A stretch of DNA of 46,748 nucleotides from a virus (IMGVR_UViG_3300027653_000018:1-46748), one strand, 5' to 3'. Counted from the stretch's first letter, positions 1-9,962 are shown. Made by a program: numbers and translations. The notes: generated by a model not told the origin, from the sequence alone.

Positions 1-244
1 ATATTGTGTCATTTACTCTTACTAATTTAACCTTTGCTTTTTCTTTTTCAACAACAAAAGTATCAAATTCAATTGCAGTGAAAGTGTCGATTAAAACGCT
101 TTCTTTTATTATTTGTATTGTATCTTTTATTATTACAGTATCATTTTTGTGAACGTAAGGATAACGTTCAACAAGATTTGCATGGCGCCTTACAGGGTCG
201 CAACTGCTAAATAAAATAACCGTTATAAGTAGTAATATTCGCAT
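1..244 (-). CDS. Lipoprotein, u-spanin-like, copy 1 (runs off the window start)
   Basis: Read manually: ATG at 244, MRILLLITVILFSSCDPVRRHANLVERYPYVH...; lipobox FSSC; mature part near-identical to 9534..9926. Confidence 0.75.
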   Translation of the reverse strand, partial: MRILLLITVILFSSCDPVRRHANLVERYPYVHKNDTVIIKDTIQIIKESVLIDTFTAIEFDTFVVEKEKAKVKLVRVNDTI

Positions 245-307
245 AATATGTTTATCTTTGAATTATAATTGCGTGTAAGTTCATAATTGTTTTTTTTGCC
301 ACAAGGT

Positions 308-793
308 TTATTCTTTGTGGCTTTTTCTTTTGTCTATAATCTTATCAATTTCGCCTTTATAATATTTCAAATGCATTAAAATCCAATCCACATAAAACTT
401 AACCCCCCGCCCTTTATTCGCCTCTTTCCAGCTCCGATCCCAAGATCGCGCTTCTAGAGTTATAAAAAATGCCGAGACTACTTTTGATACAAAGAACGGT
501 ATATTTATTGTTTTCTCTATAAATTCTTTAAGAATAAATTCGTCTATCATCCCTGCGGTAAATATTATTAACGAATAAAAGACAATTTTAAACCAAATAT
601 TCCAAAACTTCTCCCAGCTCCATTTTTCTTTCATGCGCAAAATTCGCCAGAATCCTATAATCGTATCAATTATTACCGCCATTATCACAATTGCAACCAT
701 CCCGATTATCGACGATGCAACAATTGCAATACTTGCAAATAATGCATATAAAATCGAACCAGCATCTTGTACTTTATTTACATTATTTTTCAT
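308..793 (-). CDS. Putative holin (phage holin 4-like), copy 1
   Basis: About three hydrophobic segments, D-T-I-I-G motif, basic C-terminus; adjacent to lysis genes; paralog of 45807..46277. Confidence 0.7.
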   Translation of the reverse strand: MKNNVNKVQDAGSILYALFASIAIVASSIIGMVAIVIMAVIIDTIIGFWRILRMKEKWSWEKFWNIWFKIVFYSLIIFTAGMIDEFILKEFIEKTINIPFFVSKVVSAFFITLEARSWDRSWKEANKGRGVKFYVDWILMHLKYYKGEIDKIIDKRKSHKE

Positions 794-1247
794 TTTTGCA
801 ACAAAAATCTTTAGTTAATAAAATAGTTTCACATAACCCAGAAGAGTCAAAAAAAGTAACGTCTAGCGACATCGTATGCCCTGCTACCACATCGCCTCCT
901 CGAGTTTTGAAGAACTCAATATTAGCAATTTCGCCAACTTTTATATGTTTTTTGTTGCCCAAATTCGATTTAGTAATATTATACACATCTCTTAGAATTG
1001 CAAGAGTCTTATCCTCTACGTTATCTAAATTGCTATCATTTTCTCTAACTATATCCATTATAGAAATAGTCAAAGAAATTCTAGTAAACCCCTTTTCAAA
1101 ATTTTTTGAACTGCTAAATACATTCAAAAAAGGATATCTTGCTCCGTCGCTCCAGAATTTGTGGAAGTCGCCCCAGCCGAAATCTTGCAAATGTGGTTTA
1201 TTGGCTTCCTGCAAAGCTTTGTAAAACTCTTTTATGTATAAAATCAT
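783..1247 (-). CDS. Putative head/tail completion protein
   Basis: 154 aa ORF translationally coupled within the late operon; function inferred from position only. Confidence 0.4.
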   Translation of the reverse strand: MILYIKEFYKALQEANKPHLQDFGWGDFHKFWSDGARYPFLNVFSSSKNFEKGFTRISLTISIMDIVRENDSNLDNVEDKTLAILRDVYNITKSNLGNKKHIKVGEIANIEFFKTRGGDVVAGHTMSLDVTFFDSSGLCETILLTKDFCCKNEK

Positions 1248-1744
1248 ATTGTAAATATTTTATTTATCAAACTTTTGTTGCTTGTGCTGTTGTAACAATT
1301 ATCGCGATGTTTGTACAAAGGAAAATGTTTTATATTATCTTTAATATAGCTATGCATTTCTTTAGCTAAAACTTTTTCATCCCACATAATTTCATTTCGA
1401 AATTGCCTATTTTCTTCAATCGTATTTTGCCTAAATTCTGTTGCGTTTACCGAGCCTGTTCCAGCATTTCTAATCCTATTCGATGTAGCAATAGTTGCAC
1501 GCCTATCTACAACTTTAGAAAGGTAAGGTATAATATAACCGTTTATTAGCTCTGTTTCATAATTGTTTAATGTTTGCTTGTTTCTTTTTTCTTGCAAATC
1601 ACGAACGAATTTAAGCCCAATTTCATCCGTCAGGTTTATATCTTGCGCATCCTGCAAGCATATTTGTAGCAAACGTTCATCTACATTTTCATTGGCAAGC
1701 CCTCTTTTCTTTATATTATAAAGTGTTGTTAATAGCTCTCTCAT
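1244..1744 (-). CDS. Putative head-tail adaptor / virion protein
   Basis: 166 aa helical protein with an AQD-x-x-L-x-x-x-IG motif that I associate with Bacteroidetes phage connectors; ATGA overlaps with neighbours. Confidence 0.45.
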   Translation of the reverse strand: MRELLTTLYNIKKRGLANENVDERLLQICLQDAQDINLTDEIGLKFVRDLQEKRNKQTLNNYETELINGYIIPYLSKVVDRRATIATSNRIRNAGTGSVNATEFRQNTIEENRQFRNEIMWDEKVLAKEMHSYIKDNIKHFPLYKHRDNCYNSTSNKSLINKIFTI

Positions 1745-2289
1745 TTTAAGTTATTTATAAAGTTATTTAAAAAGCATATGTACCTTTCCTTATCCTTAAA
1801 TATATCGCAATCTTGTTTATTTGTGCCAAAAAACGGTTCAAGGATTAACGCTGGTATTGGCGTAAGATTTAAGAAATAAAAACCTCTTTCGCTTTTGTGT
1901 GACGTAAACTTCACTCCTCTCGCTCCTCTAATCTTCATTTCTGGATATTCTTTTATATACGCATCCGCCAATTCTCTTGCATACCTTTCACCCTTGTTGC
2001 TACCACCATACGCAAAGACCTCAAAGCCATTAGCCTCTTCTGTATTATGCCCATTAAAATGTAGCTCGATAACCAATTTGTACTGCTTATTTTCTCGAAA
2101 AAAATTAGCTAAAGTCTTTTGTCTTTGATAGTAATTTCTAATCGTATGCACATAAACATCTGCATTTAAACCATTAGCAATATCTCTGTTATAATCCCAT
2201 TCAGATTGTTTTAAGAATTCTGAATATGAACCTTTATCGCTATCTTGCGTATGCCCAATTGCAAATAAAACTTCTTTATTCTTCTTCAT
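1741..2289 (-). CDS. N-acetylmuramoyl-L-alanine amidase (Amidase_3) endolysin, copy 1
   Basis: IGH..., SE, ELHFNG, GFEV and PALILEPFF zinc-amidase motifs. Confidence 0.9.
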   Translation of the reverse strand: MKKNKEVLFAIGHTQDSDKGSYSEFLKQSEWDYNRDIANGLNADVYVHTIRNYYQRQKTLANFFRENKQYKLVIELHFNGHNTEEANGFEVFAYGGSNKGERYARELADAYIKEYPEMKIRGARGVKFTSHKSERGFYFLNLTPIPALILEPFFGTNKQDCDIFKDKERYICFLNNFINNLK

Positions 2290-2464
2290 TATCCTGATTA
2301 TTTAACCATTCTATATATTCTTCTGGCTCCTCTTCGTACCATTTCCACCCATTTAACTCCATTTGAGTATTACTATTATCTAACAATATTAATTCGCCAT
2401 CATAAGGCGTTTTAACTTGACTTGCAACAAGCCAATTACCATTTGTTTCTTTTTTGTACCACAT
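2276..2464 (-). CDS. Small protein downstream of the putative tail fibre
   Basis: 62 aa Trp/acidic-rich ORF coupled to the amidase gene. Confidence 0.55.
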   Translation of the reverse strand: MWYKKETNGNWLVASQVKTPYDGELILLDNSNTQMELNGWKWYEEEPEEYIEWLNNQDNEEE

Positions 2465-2473
2465 ATTTTATTA

Positions 2474-4714
2474 TTAAATTAAACTTAATGCCCAATTTTT
2501 ATTTATTAACACTTCATCAATTACATCTTTTTGTGTGAGACTTAACAAATCCCATTCTTGTGTCCTTAATGTTATTGTTGCTTGCGTTTCTCCTGTTAAA
2601 TCTCCTAAATTTAGAAAAAATAACATTACATTTATAGGGTCTGTAGGTCTCCAGACTGACATATTTTGACTTACTTTTAACCCCTGAAATATCACCTTTT
2701 TTAATCCATTTGTCCAAGCAAAACTTGAAAGAATAGTCCCCGTAATATTCAAACTAGACTCCATATTTTTTATTATGAAAGTTTGAATTCCATTACTTCC
2801 ACCCAATTGATATGCAATAAAGAAATTACCCATATGTTCAATCCCCTCTGCACCTTTAAAATCTAAAGTTAATGTATCGAAATCAAAATTAGGCGTGTTA
2901 TAAAAGAAATTGTTCATATCCCCCTCTACTTGACTAAAAGGAAAATTTTCAATCCATTTCGATTTTTCTATAGATTTAACCTTATTAAAAGGTTGGACAA
3001 TAGTTATTGCGCCCTCTCTAATTTTCATCTCATCATCTGCCTTTATTACTAATTCTGTACAAGCATTAAAAATATAATTTAAGTTTCCCGAATTCCAAAT
3101 TACATCACCAAATTGCACAAGCTCTACTAGAGTTTCTTGAATTTGTGCATTATTCCCATTAAACCTAAAATAGTCCCCCTCTCTTTGCCTAATCTCTATA
3201 TAATATTTTCCAATTGGATAATTAGTTATTAATATAGTGTTATCAGACGTATTAAATTCTTCTAAAATTTCCCCTTGCTCATCTTTAACGGCGATGTATT
3301 TCATATCATAACCTGTTGCACTTAACCTTATTTCATTATTTCCATTTAATGTTGTATCATACTTAAGGATTAAAGGTCTATAATCCTTAGCCCAAATTTT
3401 AAATTCTTCACTAGAACCTGATGCAATTCCCCCCTCTATAAATGTTTTATTTCCACTAAAATCTGTTATCTTGAAATTAGAATCTGGTGCTGTAATTTCT
3501 TTACTACCTTCTGCTAATATATTTTCAGAACTTAATATTTCATCTTTTGTATTCTTTAAAGTTACTTGGCTATCCTGAATTGTAGTATCTTTAGAACCCT
3601 CTGCTGGAATGCTTTCATTATACAAAATAGTACCTGAACTATCTTTAATAGTTGATGTGGAATCTGTAATAGTAATATCTTTAGAACCCTCCGCTAATAT
3701 ATTTTCGGATTTCAAAGTGCTTCCTGAACTGTCTTTAATAATAGCTTGACTATCATTAATAATTTGCTCCCTATTATCCTCCGCTGGTACATCTACACTA
3801 TATAATTCTGTATCTTCTGTGTTCTTTATTATTACAGTACTATCTTCAACAATCCACGTAACATCATTTTCATGACCCACATCTTTATCCTCTGTATTTA
3901 CAATTCTAGGCAAATCATCAAACCCTAAACTTACTGTAATTTCTTCAACCCCCTCTGCTGGGATTTCTCCTTCTGCCAATAATTTACCTTGTGGATTATA
4001 AACTCTGTAAATAGAGTTCTGGATTTCAAATTCCCTATCCTGCGTAGCTGGAATACTTTCAAAATATAGCGTTTCTCCTGTAGTATTCTTAATCGTCACC
4101 TCTGTATCTCCTACATAAATCTTACCATTACTTTGATTTCCAACCGGTTCGCATTCTGAATTCAAAACAATAATATTACTATCTAAATTATTACAACTTG
4201 CTAAGTATTTAATTTTATAATTTAACTCAAACGCACTAAACGGCTCAATCGTCATTGCGTTTTCTGCTTCGCTAAATGTATAAGGACTAAATACATTCTC
4301 ATCAGTTGCATTCTCAAATTCTATGCTTAAAATATAACTGTTTTTATTTGAAATTAAAGCTCTATTTAATTCTTGTACAATTATATCTATATCCCCATTA
4401 TATGTTTTTCCTGCTACATCAAAAGTATCTTTATTGAGCCAAACTATTACTTTAAAATCCTCCTCTAAAACTGAATAATAGCTATCTGAAATATCTCTTA
4501 CATTTCCAACCCGCTCAAAGAAAACTAAATCTTTCTTGTTTGCATTAGGTACTAAAGGTGTGCCGTCATACAAAGGAAATTCAATTATCTTTGTTAATTT
4601 AGTACCAAAAGAATTGATAGTTACTTCATTTTTCTTTTGCTTCTTTGCTCTTCCATAAACATTCAGGAAAGCTGTATTTTGCTGAACCTGCTTTTTTAAT
4701 AATTCATAAATCAT
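2474..4714 (-). CDS. Putative tail fibre / receptor-binding protein with ~31-aa tandem repeats and a BspA/DUF285-like C-terminal region
   Basis: Repeats such as IKDSSGTILYNESIPAEGSKDTTIQDS; QFGDVIWNS..YIFNAC resembles DUF285-type repeats. Confidence 0.55.
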   Translation of the reverse strand: MIYELLKKQVQQNTAFLNVYGRAKKQKKNEVTINSFGTKLTKIIEFPLYDGTPLVPNANKKDLVFFERVGNVRDISDSYYSVLEEDFKVIVWLNKDTFDVAGKTYNGDIDIIVQELNRALISNKNSYILSIEFENATDENVFSPYTFSEAENAMTIEPFSAFELNYKIKYLASCNNLDSNIIVLNSECEPVGNQSNGKIYVGDTEVTIKNTTGETLYFESIPATQDREFEIQNSIYRVYNPQGKLLAEGEIPAEGVEEITVSLGFDDLPRIVNTEDKDVGHENDVTWIVEDSTVIIKNTEDTELYSVDVPAEDNREQIINDSQAIIKDSSGSTLKSENILAEGSKDITITDSTSTIKDSSGTILYNESIPAEGSKDTTIQDSQVTLKNTKDEILSSENILAEGSKEITAPDSNFKITDFSGNKTFIEGGIASGSSEEFKIWAKDYRPLILKYDTTLNGNNEIRLSATGYDMKYIAVKDEQGEILEEFNTSDNTILITNYPIGKYYIEIRQREGDYFRFNGNNAQIQETLVELVQFGDVIWNSGNLNYIFNACTELVIKADDEMKIREGAITIVQPFNKVKSIEKSKWIENFPFSQVEGDMNNFFYNTPNFDFDTLTLDFKGAEGIEHMGNFFIAYQLGGSNGIQTFIIKNMESSLNITGTILSSFAWTNGLKKVIFQGLKVSQNMSVWRPTDPINVMLFFLNLGDLTGETQATITLRTQEWDLLSLTQKDVIDEVLINKNWALSLI
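3460..4100 (-). repeat. Intragenic ~93-bp (31-aa) degenerate tandem repeats
   Basis: About six units of (I/L)K(N/D)xxGxxLxxExIxAEGxxxIxIxDS in the 746-aa protein; boundaries approximate. Confidence 0.8.
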
Positions 4715-5148
4715 TTTAAAATATCTTTTATTTGCTTTGAAATATAATCTATAACTTCATTTCTATATATCTCCATTTCTTTTTCGCTCAATGCTAAGAA
4801 ATCTCCGTATCTTACTCTATTATCCGTATATTTTTTAAAATCCTCTTGCCTTGTAAATCCCATGTAAATTTTCATTCCATTTTCTTGCACCTCAACCTCT
4901 ACAATCTGCAAACCTCTAAACATATCACCCGTAAGTGTTAAATCCACAAACGCTGTTTGTCTTCCTTTCTCTTGTCTATATTTCTTATATCTTTCTGAAT
5001 AATCCGCTCCAATTCTATTTTGTAGCTGTACATCAGAAATAACTAAACTCATCACTGCGACAATACTCCTCTCCATTGAGAATAATAATAAGTCATCTAT
5101 ATTATCCCTTAATAATTCTAACTTCTGTATTGCTTCACTTAAAACCAC
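4711..5148 (-). CDS. Phage virion morphogenesis (neck) protein
   Basis: YSxxYKKYR...VDLTLTGDM motif typical of this family. Confidence 0.6.
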   Translation of the reverse strand: MVLSEAIQKLELLRDNIDDLLLFSMERSIVAVMSLVISDVQLQNRIGADYSERYKKYRQEKGRQTAFVDLTLTGDMFRGLQIVEVEVQENGMKIYMGFTRQEDFKKYTDNRVRYGDFLALSEKEMEIYRNEVIDYISKQIKDILK

Positions 5149-6047
5149 GATTTAGTTATTTTTCTTTTCTTAGTACTGCATCCAAAACAAAATGAATTAT
5201 CCAATCCTAACATAGGTATCAGCCATTCCCTTATGTCTCTCATATACTCTGCTTTCAACGCATGCACATCCTCCTCCCTGACTTGCGTATTCATTACCGT
5301 GTATCTATTAAAATTATTACTTCTCATTAAATATTTCAATCCCTCCCTTACTGCTATCTTCTGCACTATAATACCTATAACCTCTTTTACATCTACATTC
5401 TCTAATGCATTACAAATTATATTCTCATAACTACAATTTATCTCCGCATTAAATGTTATTCCAAACAAGCTCCTACTCTTTGCTACTCCATTCAGATACC
5501 CTGTTACTGTTATCCCATTGTTCTTTCTTGCATTACAACTTGAACAACCATTTGTTGAATCCTTAATAGTTACATCCTCTTTGACTACTCCTTTTATATC
5601 TATAAAATTAGCCTTATTATTATCTACTTTCTCAATATCCTCAAATTCTATCTTATCACTTGCAACTATATCTTTAATATTCAAATACGCTCCTGCTCCT
5701 CTGCTCTTTGATTTTACTCGGATAACAATTTCATCTCCTTCTTTTAATTTTATATCTTTATTAGTCTCTTTCCCAATATGTTGAACAATTGGATTTCTAT
5801 TAAAATCCCTATCTTTATTCAAACTAATTGATAATTCTCTTTTAAGTTTTCTATTTGCATTTTTAATAAAACCATATAGAGTTTCTGCCAAATCCTGACA
5901 CCCGATGACATCCTCCCACTGCTTCATATCATAGCTATACGCACTCTCATCGAAATAGTACCCACTTTCACTTTCTCTATATTTATCGATATTCGGACAA
6001 TTACAATAACTTCTCGTAATCCCTATTATATTCTTTAAACATTCCAT
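5139..6047 (-). CDS. Cys-rich putative structural protein following the capsid gene
   Basis: Likely start MECLKNIIG at 6047; the upstream ORF extension overlaps a terminator. Confidence 0.55.
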   Translation of the reverse strand: MECLKNIIGITRSYCNCPNIDKYRESESGYYFDESAYSYDMKQWEDVIGCQDLAETLYGFIKNANRKLKRELSISLNKDRDFNRNPIVQHIGKETNKDIKLKEGDEIVIRVKSKSRGAGAYLNIKDIVASDKIEFEDIEKVDNNKANFIDIKGVVKEDVTIKDSTNGCSSCNARKNNGITVTGYLNGVAKSRSLFGITFNAEINCSYENIICNALENVDVKEVIGIIVQKIAVREGLKYLMRSNNFNRYTVMNTQVREEDVHALKAEYMRDIREWLIPMLGLDNSFCFGCSTKKRKITKSWF

Positions 6048-6075
6048 GATTTTAATATTTATATAAAGGTAAATA

Positions 6076-6111
6076 AAAAAAGCGTATAGAGGTAATCCAT
6101 ACGCATTTTTT
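6076..6111 (-). terminator. Intrinsic terminator after the major capsid gene
   Basis: gcgtat...atacgc hairpin flanked by A and T runs. Confidence 0.65.
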
Positions 6112-6129
6112 AAAGGAAATAAAGAAATA

Positions 6130-7191
6130 TTATTCTGGTCCTTCTTGTTGTTCCCCAAATTTGACAATTCCTGTAACCACATCTGTACCTACTTTGTCGG
6201 TAAAATAACATTCAGAAGGATTAAGGAACATTTCTGCATGTAAATAAACTATATATTCATATATATGCTTATTTGCTTTTGCATCTTTACAAATTCTAGA
6301 TACATAAACATCCGCAACTAATCCATCCACTCCTGTTGGTATTGAAAACATTTCTACACCATTATTTCCTCTACCATACCATGGAGTAATAACTGAAGGA
6401 TTGTAATTAAAGCTTCCAACTGCATAAGCATTCGGACTAATTAAATATCCATGTTCTCCTGCTCCTAATTCAGTCGTAATTGTAGGGTCAAATGCTATAT
6501 CCATTAATTGATTTGCAACCCATGGAAATTGCCTATCCGCTCTACTTAATTCAGCCACTAAAGCAGGTAACATCCATGTGCCGTCATTCAATAAAAATGG
6601 ATTATCAATGTTTGCTAAAGTTGCTTGCTGTTGCAATAGTGCCATTCCCATTGCTTGACCTTCAACTGTATTGTAATCTGGAATTTCTATTAAGGAATCT
6701 CCTGTGCTTGTAACTCCTACACCTGCATCTATAGTTTCTACGACATGCTGGTTTGCTTTTTTCAAAAGAGCTGAAATTGCACGATTTAATTCTCTTTGTA
6801 CATAATCCATTGCACTCATTTTTGAACGTGCAAATAAATCTTCATCTACATAGAATTTGTCATGCCAACAATTTTCAATTTCTAAATCAACTTTATTTAA
6901 TTCTTCTTGTGTCCCTGCTTCTGGTGCATCACACAAATCAATAGAACAATCTTCTGCTGTCTTACTACATGTATCAAACCATGTTATAGATACTTTTCTT
7001 CCTAATACTCCATTCTCTTTAATTGCTTCAACAAAATTTCTTGAGCTTTTTTGTTTAGCCACTAAAGTTCTTAAAGCTATTGCTTCATTCGTTCTAGACC
7101 TTTCACCAAAAGTCTCTTCTAAAGTTAATGCTAATTCATCCAAAGGTGCTTGAACATTTACTGCACCTGTTGTTTTATTTCCTATTGCCAT
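6130..7191 (-). CDS. Major capsid protein (putative)
   Basis: 353 aa, follows the scaffold gene and precedes a terminator. Confidence 0.7.
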   Translation of the reverse strand: MAIGNKTTGAVNVQAPLDELALTLEETFGERSRTNEAIALRTLVAKQKSSRNFVEAIKENGVLGRKVSITWFDTCSKTAEDCSIDLCDAPEAGTQEELNKVDLEIENCWHDKFYVDEDLFARSKMSAMDYVQRELNRAISALLKKANQHVVETIDAGVGVTSTGDSLIEIPDYNTVEGQAMGMALLQQQATLANIDNPFLLNDGTWMLPALVAELSRADRQFPWVANQLMDIAFDPTITTELGAGEHGYLISPNAYAVGSFNYNPSVITPWYGRGNNGVEMFSIPTGVDGLVADVYVSRICKDAKANKHIYEYIVYLHAEMFLNPSECYFTDKVGTDVVTGIVKFGEQQEGPE

Positions 7192-7242
7192 TATATTTTA
7201 TTTATATTTCTAATAAATATAAATCGGACTTGTATCCTCAAA

Positions 7243-8085
7243 TTAATCTTCGGAAAATGTTTCCTCAATCATTGTTCGGTATTTATTTAAATCTTTTCTG
7301 AACTCTATAGGCAATTTTCTATCTCTAATTGCTTCGGATAATTCAGATTGATTTGTAGGTAATGATATCCCGTACTTGCTTAAATTAGATATAACTTTAT
7401 TACCTTCTCCCGAACTGTATCCACTTTGTTGATGTGGACTTTCTTTACCTTCTTTCTTTGTTAAATACTTTTCTATTTCAGATTTAGCAATATTTGAAAA
7501 TTTAATTGGATTTTTAATGTCATCCTCCAATAATGAACCGCCCTTAATTGCGTTTCCTTCTTCATCTATATCATATCTTTCTAATATAGAATTCTTAACT
7601 AAATCTACTAATTCTTTATTTTCTGTACCATACTCCGAAAGTATTGGTAAAAGTATTTTCTCTTTCTCCGACCTTGTTTTGAAAGATGTTAATTCTTTTA
7701 ATGCTTCATTCTTCTTATTTTCAATATCTTGAATCTGTGCTTGTAAGTCTTTTATAGCACTCTTATATATTGCACTGTTCTTGATATCTACTTCTGTTAT
7801 TTCCTTGCTTCCAAATTTACTTTTAAAATTATCCGAATCCAAATAGCTTAATAAATTAGTATATTCTACATCTTCAAATCCCATTTCGGATAACTTGTTT
7901 CCAATCTTCTTGAACGTAGAACGCTCTCCTGCTTGGTAGCTTTCTTGTTTAGTTCTTTCAGCTCCAATATTCTCACTATCTTCTCTAAGCTTATTTATCG
8001 CTTTTTTGAAAGCTAAAATACCTTCTTCTTTATTATCCAACGAATTTGCTTCTAAGTTTAACAAACTCTCAATCTGTCTTAACAT
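7243..8085 (-). CDS. Capsid scaffolding protein (putative)
   Basis: Charged coiled-coil protein immediately upstream of the capsid gene. Confidence 0.6.
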   Translation of the reverse strand: MLRQIESLLNLEANSLDNKEEGILAFKKAINKLREDSENIGAERTKQESYQAGERSTFKKIGNKLSEMGFEDVEYTNLLSYLDSDNFKSKFGSKEITEVDIKNSAIYKSAIKDLQAQIQDIENKKNEALKELTSFKTRSEKEKILLPILSEYGTENKELVDLVKNSILERYDIDEEGNAIKGGSLLEDDIKNPIKFSNIAKSEIEKYLTKKEGKESPHQQSGYSSGEGNKVISNLSKYGISLPTNQSELSEAIRDRKLPIEFRKDLNKYRTMIEETFSED

Positions 8086-8089
8086 ATAT

Positions 8090-8251
8090 CTATTTTTTAG
8101 TTATCTCTTCTTCTTTTTTAGTTTCTTCTTTAACTTGTTTTAATGGTTTAGGTTTCTCTTTTACCTCTTCCCAACCGAATTTACTATATGTTTTTTCAAA
8201 CTTATCTTTTGTAGTCTCTTTGATTATACTACCTTTCTTTATTTCAATCAT
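8090..8251 (-). CDS. Small Lys/Glu-rich protein (53 aa; not in the ORF track)
   Basis: Read manually: MIEIRKGSIIKETTKDKFEKTYSKFGWEEVKEKPKPLKQ...TKK*. Confidence 0.6.
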   Translation of the reverse strand: MIEIKKGSIIKETTKDKFEKTYSKFGWEEVKEKPKPLKQVKEETKKEEEITKK

Positions 8252-8270
8252 AACTATCCTTTTTTAGTAA

Positions 8271-8300
8271 TTCAGGGAGGAGCCCACCTCCCTGAAAAAA
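8271..8300. terminator. GC-rich hairpin
   Basis: ttcagggagg-agccca-cctccctgaa perfect 10-bp stem. Confidence 0.5.
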
Positions 8301-8332
8301 ATTAAATCAATATAAACACTTATGTCAACATG

Positions 8333-8363
8333 TAAAGGTAAATATATTTTTTATTTATCCAAA
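8333..8363 (-). promoter_or_regulatory. Bacteroidetes sigma70-type promoter for the scaffold/capsid operon
   Basis: Minus strand TTTG-N19-TACCTTTA. Confidence 0.5.
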
Positions 8364-8420
8364 TACTTTCTGGAAAATTATTTTTATTTCAAAACTACTT
8401 TTTATGCAATTCCCGACAAA

Positions 8421-8551
8421 AAACCTACATTTTTAAAGTTTTTATTTTAGTTTGTTGATTATCAATAGGTTAAAATAAAAATAAAAAACTTTTTCAGAAA
8501 ATAGTACCCCCTATCAAAAATGATTTTCTTTTTCTAAAAGGTAATATAGGA
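8421..8551. repeat. ~130-bp non-coding repeat, copy 1
   Basis: Colinear with 32984..33113 (…aaaataaaaaactttt…ccccctat.aaaaatgatttt…aaaaggtaatatagg). Confidence 0.8.
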
Positions 8552-8648
8552 ACTTTTATAATATTCTTATCCTTATATGTAATTCGCTATAAGTCAATAA
8601 AATACCTTATTGCAATAAAAAAAGGCGTTTTCGCTAAAAAACACCTCT

Positions 8649-9533
8649 TTATTCTTTTTTCATTGAATTATACATATTTTCAGTTATATATCTTGGAATA
8701 TGTAAACATCCCCAACCACCCATATCCAACAAAGGGTCGTAATTTAATTTCTTTTCATTCAGATTTTCTGCTTTTATCCCGACGATAGGTGCACATTCTT
8801 GTCCTATCAATTCTCTCCATCCTTGTGCTTCTTCAATGCTAAATGCCTTCCCTACTCTTTCGATGCAGAAACATCTAGACCTCTCTACGATTGTACCTGC
8901 ATAAATAAAATGGAATAATTGATATTTATTTGCTTGCTCATTCGTAATTGCTCTGTCATTTTGTATATAAGTATCTCTAATTGTTGTATCTAAATATGCT
9001 TTAATTCTCGACCTCTTATTCTTATTTGTTTCTAAATAATCATTCAATTTTTCGCTTGTTGCTCCGAAATTCCTGCCATTCGCAATATCCATTTCAAGCA
9101 TTGTTCTAATATCATTTGCAATCGCTGTATTCCTTACAATCCTACCTAAATATCCATTCTTCTTTAATCCTCCTTTATCATTAATCCCTAACCTGCGTTT
9201 TAGTACTGTTTCTCCTATTTCGCCATTATATTTTACTTTTGAAATATCCTTAAAATAAATCTTGTTTTCTTTCAAAGAACTGGATAAACTTTTCACAAAA
9301 TCCTTAATCAAAGGCTCTATTTGCTTCTGGTACTCTTTTATGAAATTCGCCTCAATTACATTTAATTTATTAAGATTTACCATTGTTTGTTTAAAACTAC
9401 CCTCTTCATTTACATCTAATTTCTGCATTTCCTCCTGCATAATCATTATTAACCTCTTCTCAATCTTTTCTATTTTCTTTTCATATTTACCAAAGAATTT
9501 TTGAAATATATTCTTTTTCTTATCTTCGTACAT
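8649..9533 (-). CDS. Head morphogenesis / minor capsid protein (Mu F-like)
   Basis: C-terminal Y-x-G...SRCFC...GGWGCLH motif. Confidence 0.7.
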   Translation of the reverse strand: MYEDKKKNIFQKFFGKYEKKIEKIEKRLIMIMQEEMQKLDVNEEGSFKQTMVNLNKLNVIEANFIKEYQKQIEPLIKDFVKSLSSSLKENKIYFKDISKVKYNGEIGETVLKRRLGINDKGGLKKNGYLGRIVRNTAIANDIRTMLEMDIANGRNFGATSEKLNDYLETNKNKRSRIKAYLDTTIRDTYIQNDRAITNEQANKYQLFHFIYAGTIVERSRCFCIERVGKAFSIEEAQGWRELIGQECAPIVGIKAENLNEKKLNYDPLLDMGGWGCLHIPRYITENMYNSMKKE

Positions 9534-9926
9534 ATGCGATACATTTTTATATTTATATTATTATTTCTATCATCTTGCGACCCTGTTCGTAGGCATGCAA
9601 ATCTTGTTGAACGTTATCCTTACGTTCACAAAAATGATACTGTAATAATCAAAGATACAATACAAATAATAAAAGAAAGCGTTTTAATCGACACTTTCAC
9701 TGCAATTGAATTTGATACTTTTGTTGTTGAAAAAGAAAAAGCAAAGGTTAAATTAGTAAGAGTAAATGACACAATATTTGTTGATGCGGAATGTTTAGAG
9801 GATACATTTTATGTTGAAAAAGAAAAAATAATTATTGAAAAATATTCCGTAAAGCCAAAGAAAAGATATTGGTATTTATTATTAATTGGCGTTACTTTAG
9901 TTATTTTTATCTGGATAAGAAAATAA
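9534..9926 (+). CDS. Lipoprotein, u-spanin-like, copy 2; the only clear plus-strand gene
   Basis: MRYIFIFILLFLSSC lipobox plus C-terminal TM helix (RYWYLLLIGVTLVIFIWIRK). Confidence 0.75.
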   Translation: MRYIFIFILLFLSSCDPVRRHANLVERYPYVHKNDTVIIKDTIQIIKESVLIDTFTAIEFDTFVVEKEKAKVKLVRVNDTIFVDAECLEDTFYVEKEKIIIEKYSVKPKKRYWYLLLIGVTLVIFIWIRK

Positions 9927-9962
9927 CCCTCCACCTTCACAAAGCGGTTTTACATTATGTTA

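Noticed and set aside
6048-6182. Long N-terminal extensions in the ORF track (also 20814-20906, 12586-12648, 34015-34062, 24624-24680)
   Set aside because: They overlap terminators, promoters or upstream genes; downstream ATGs with A-rich leaders fit better
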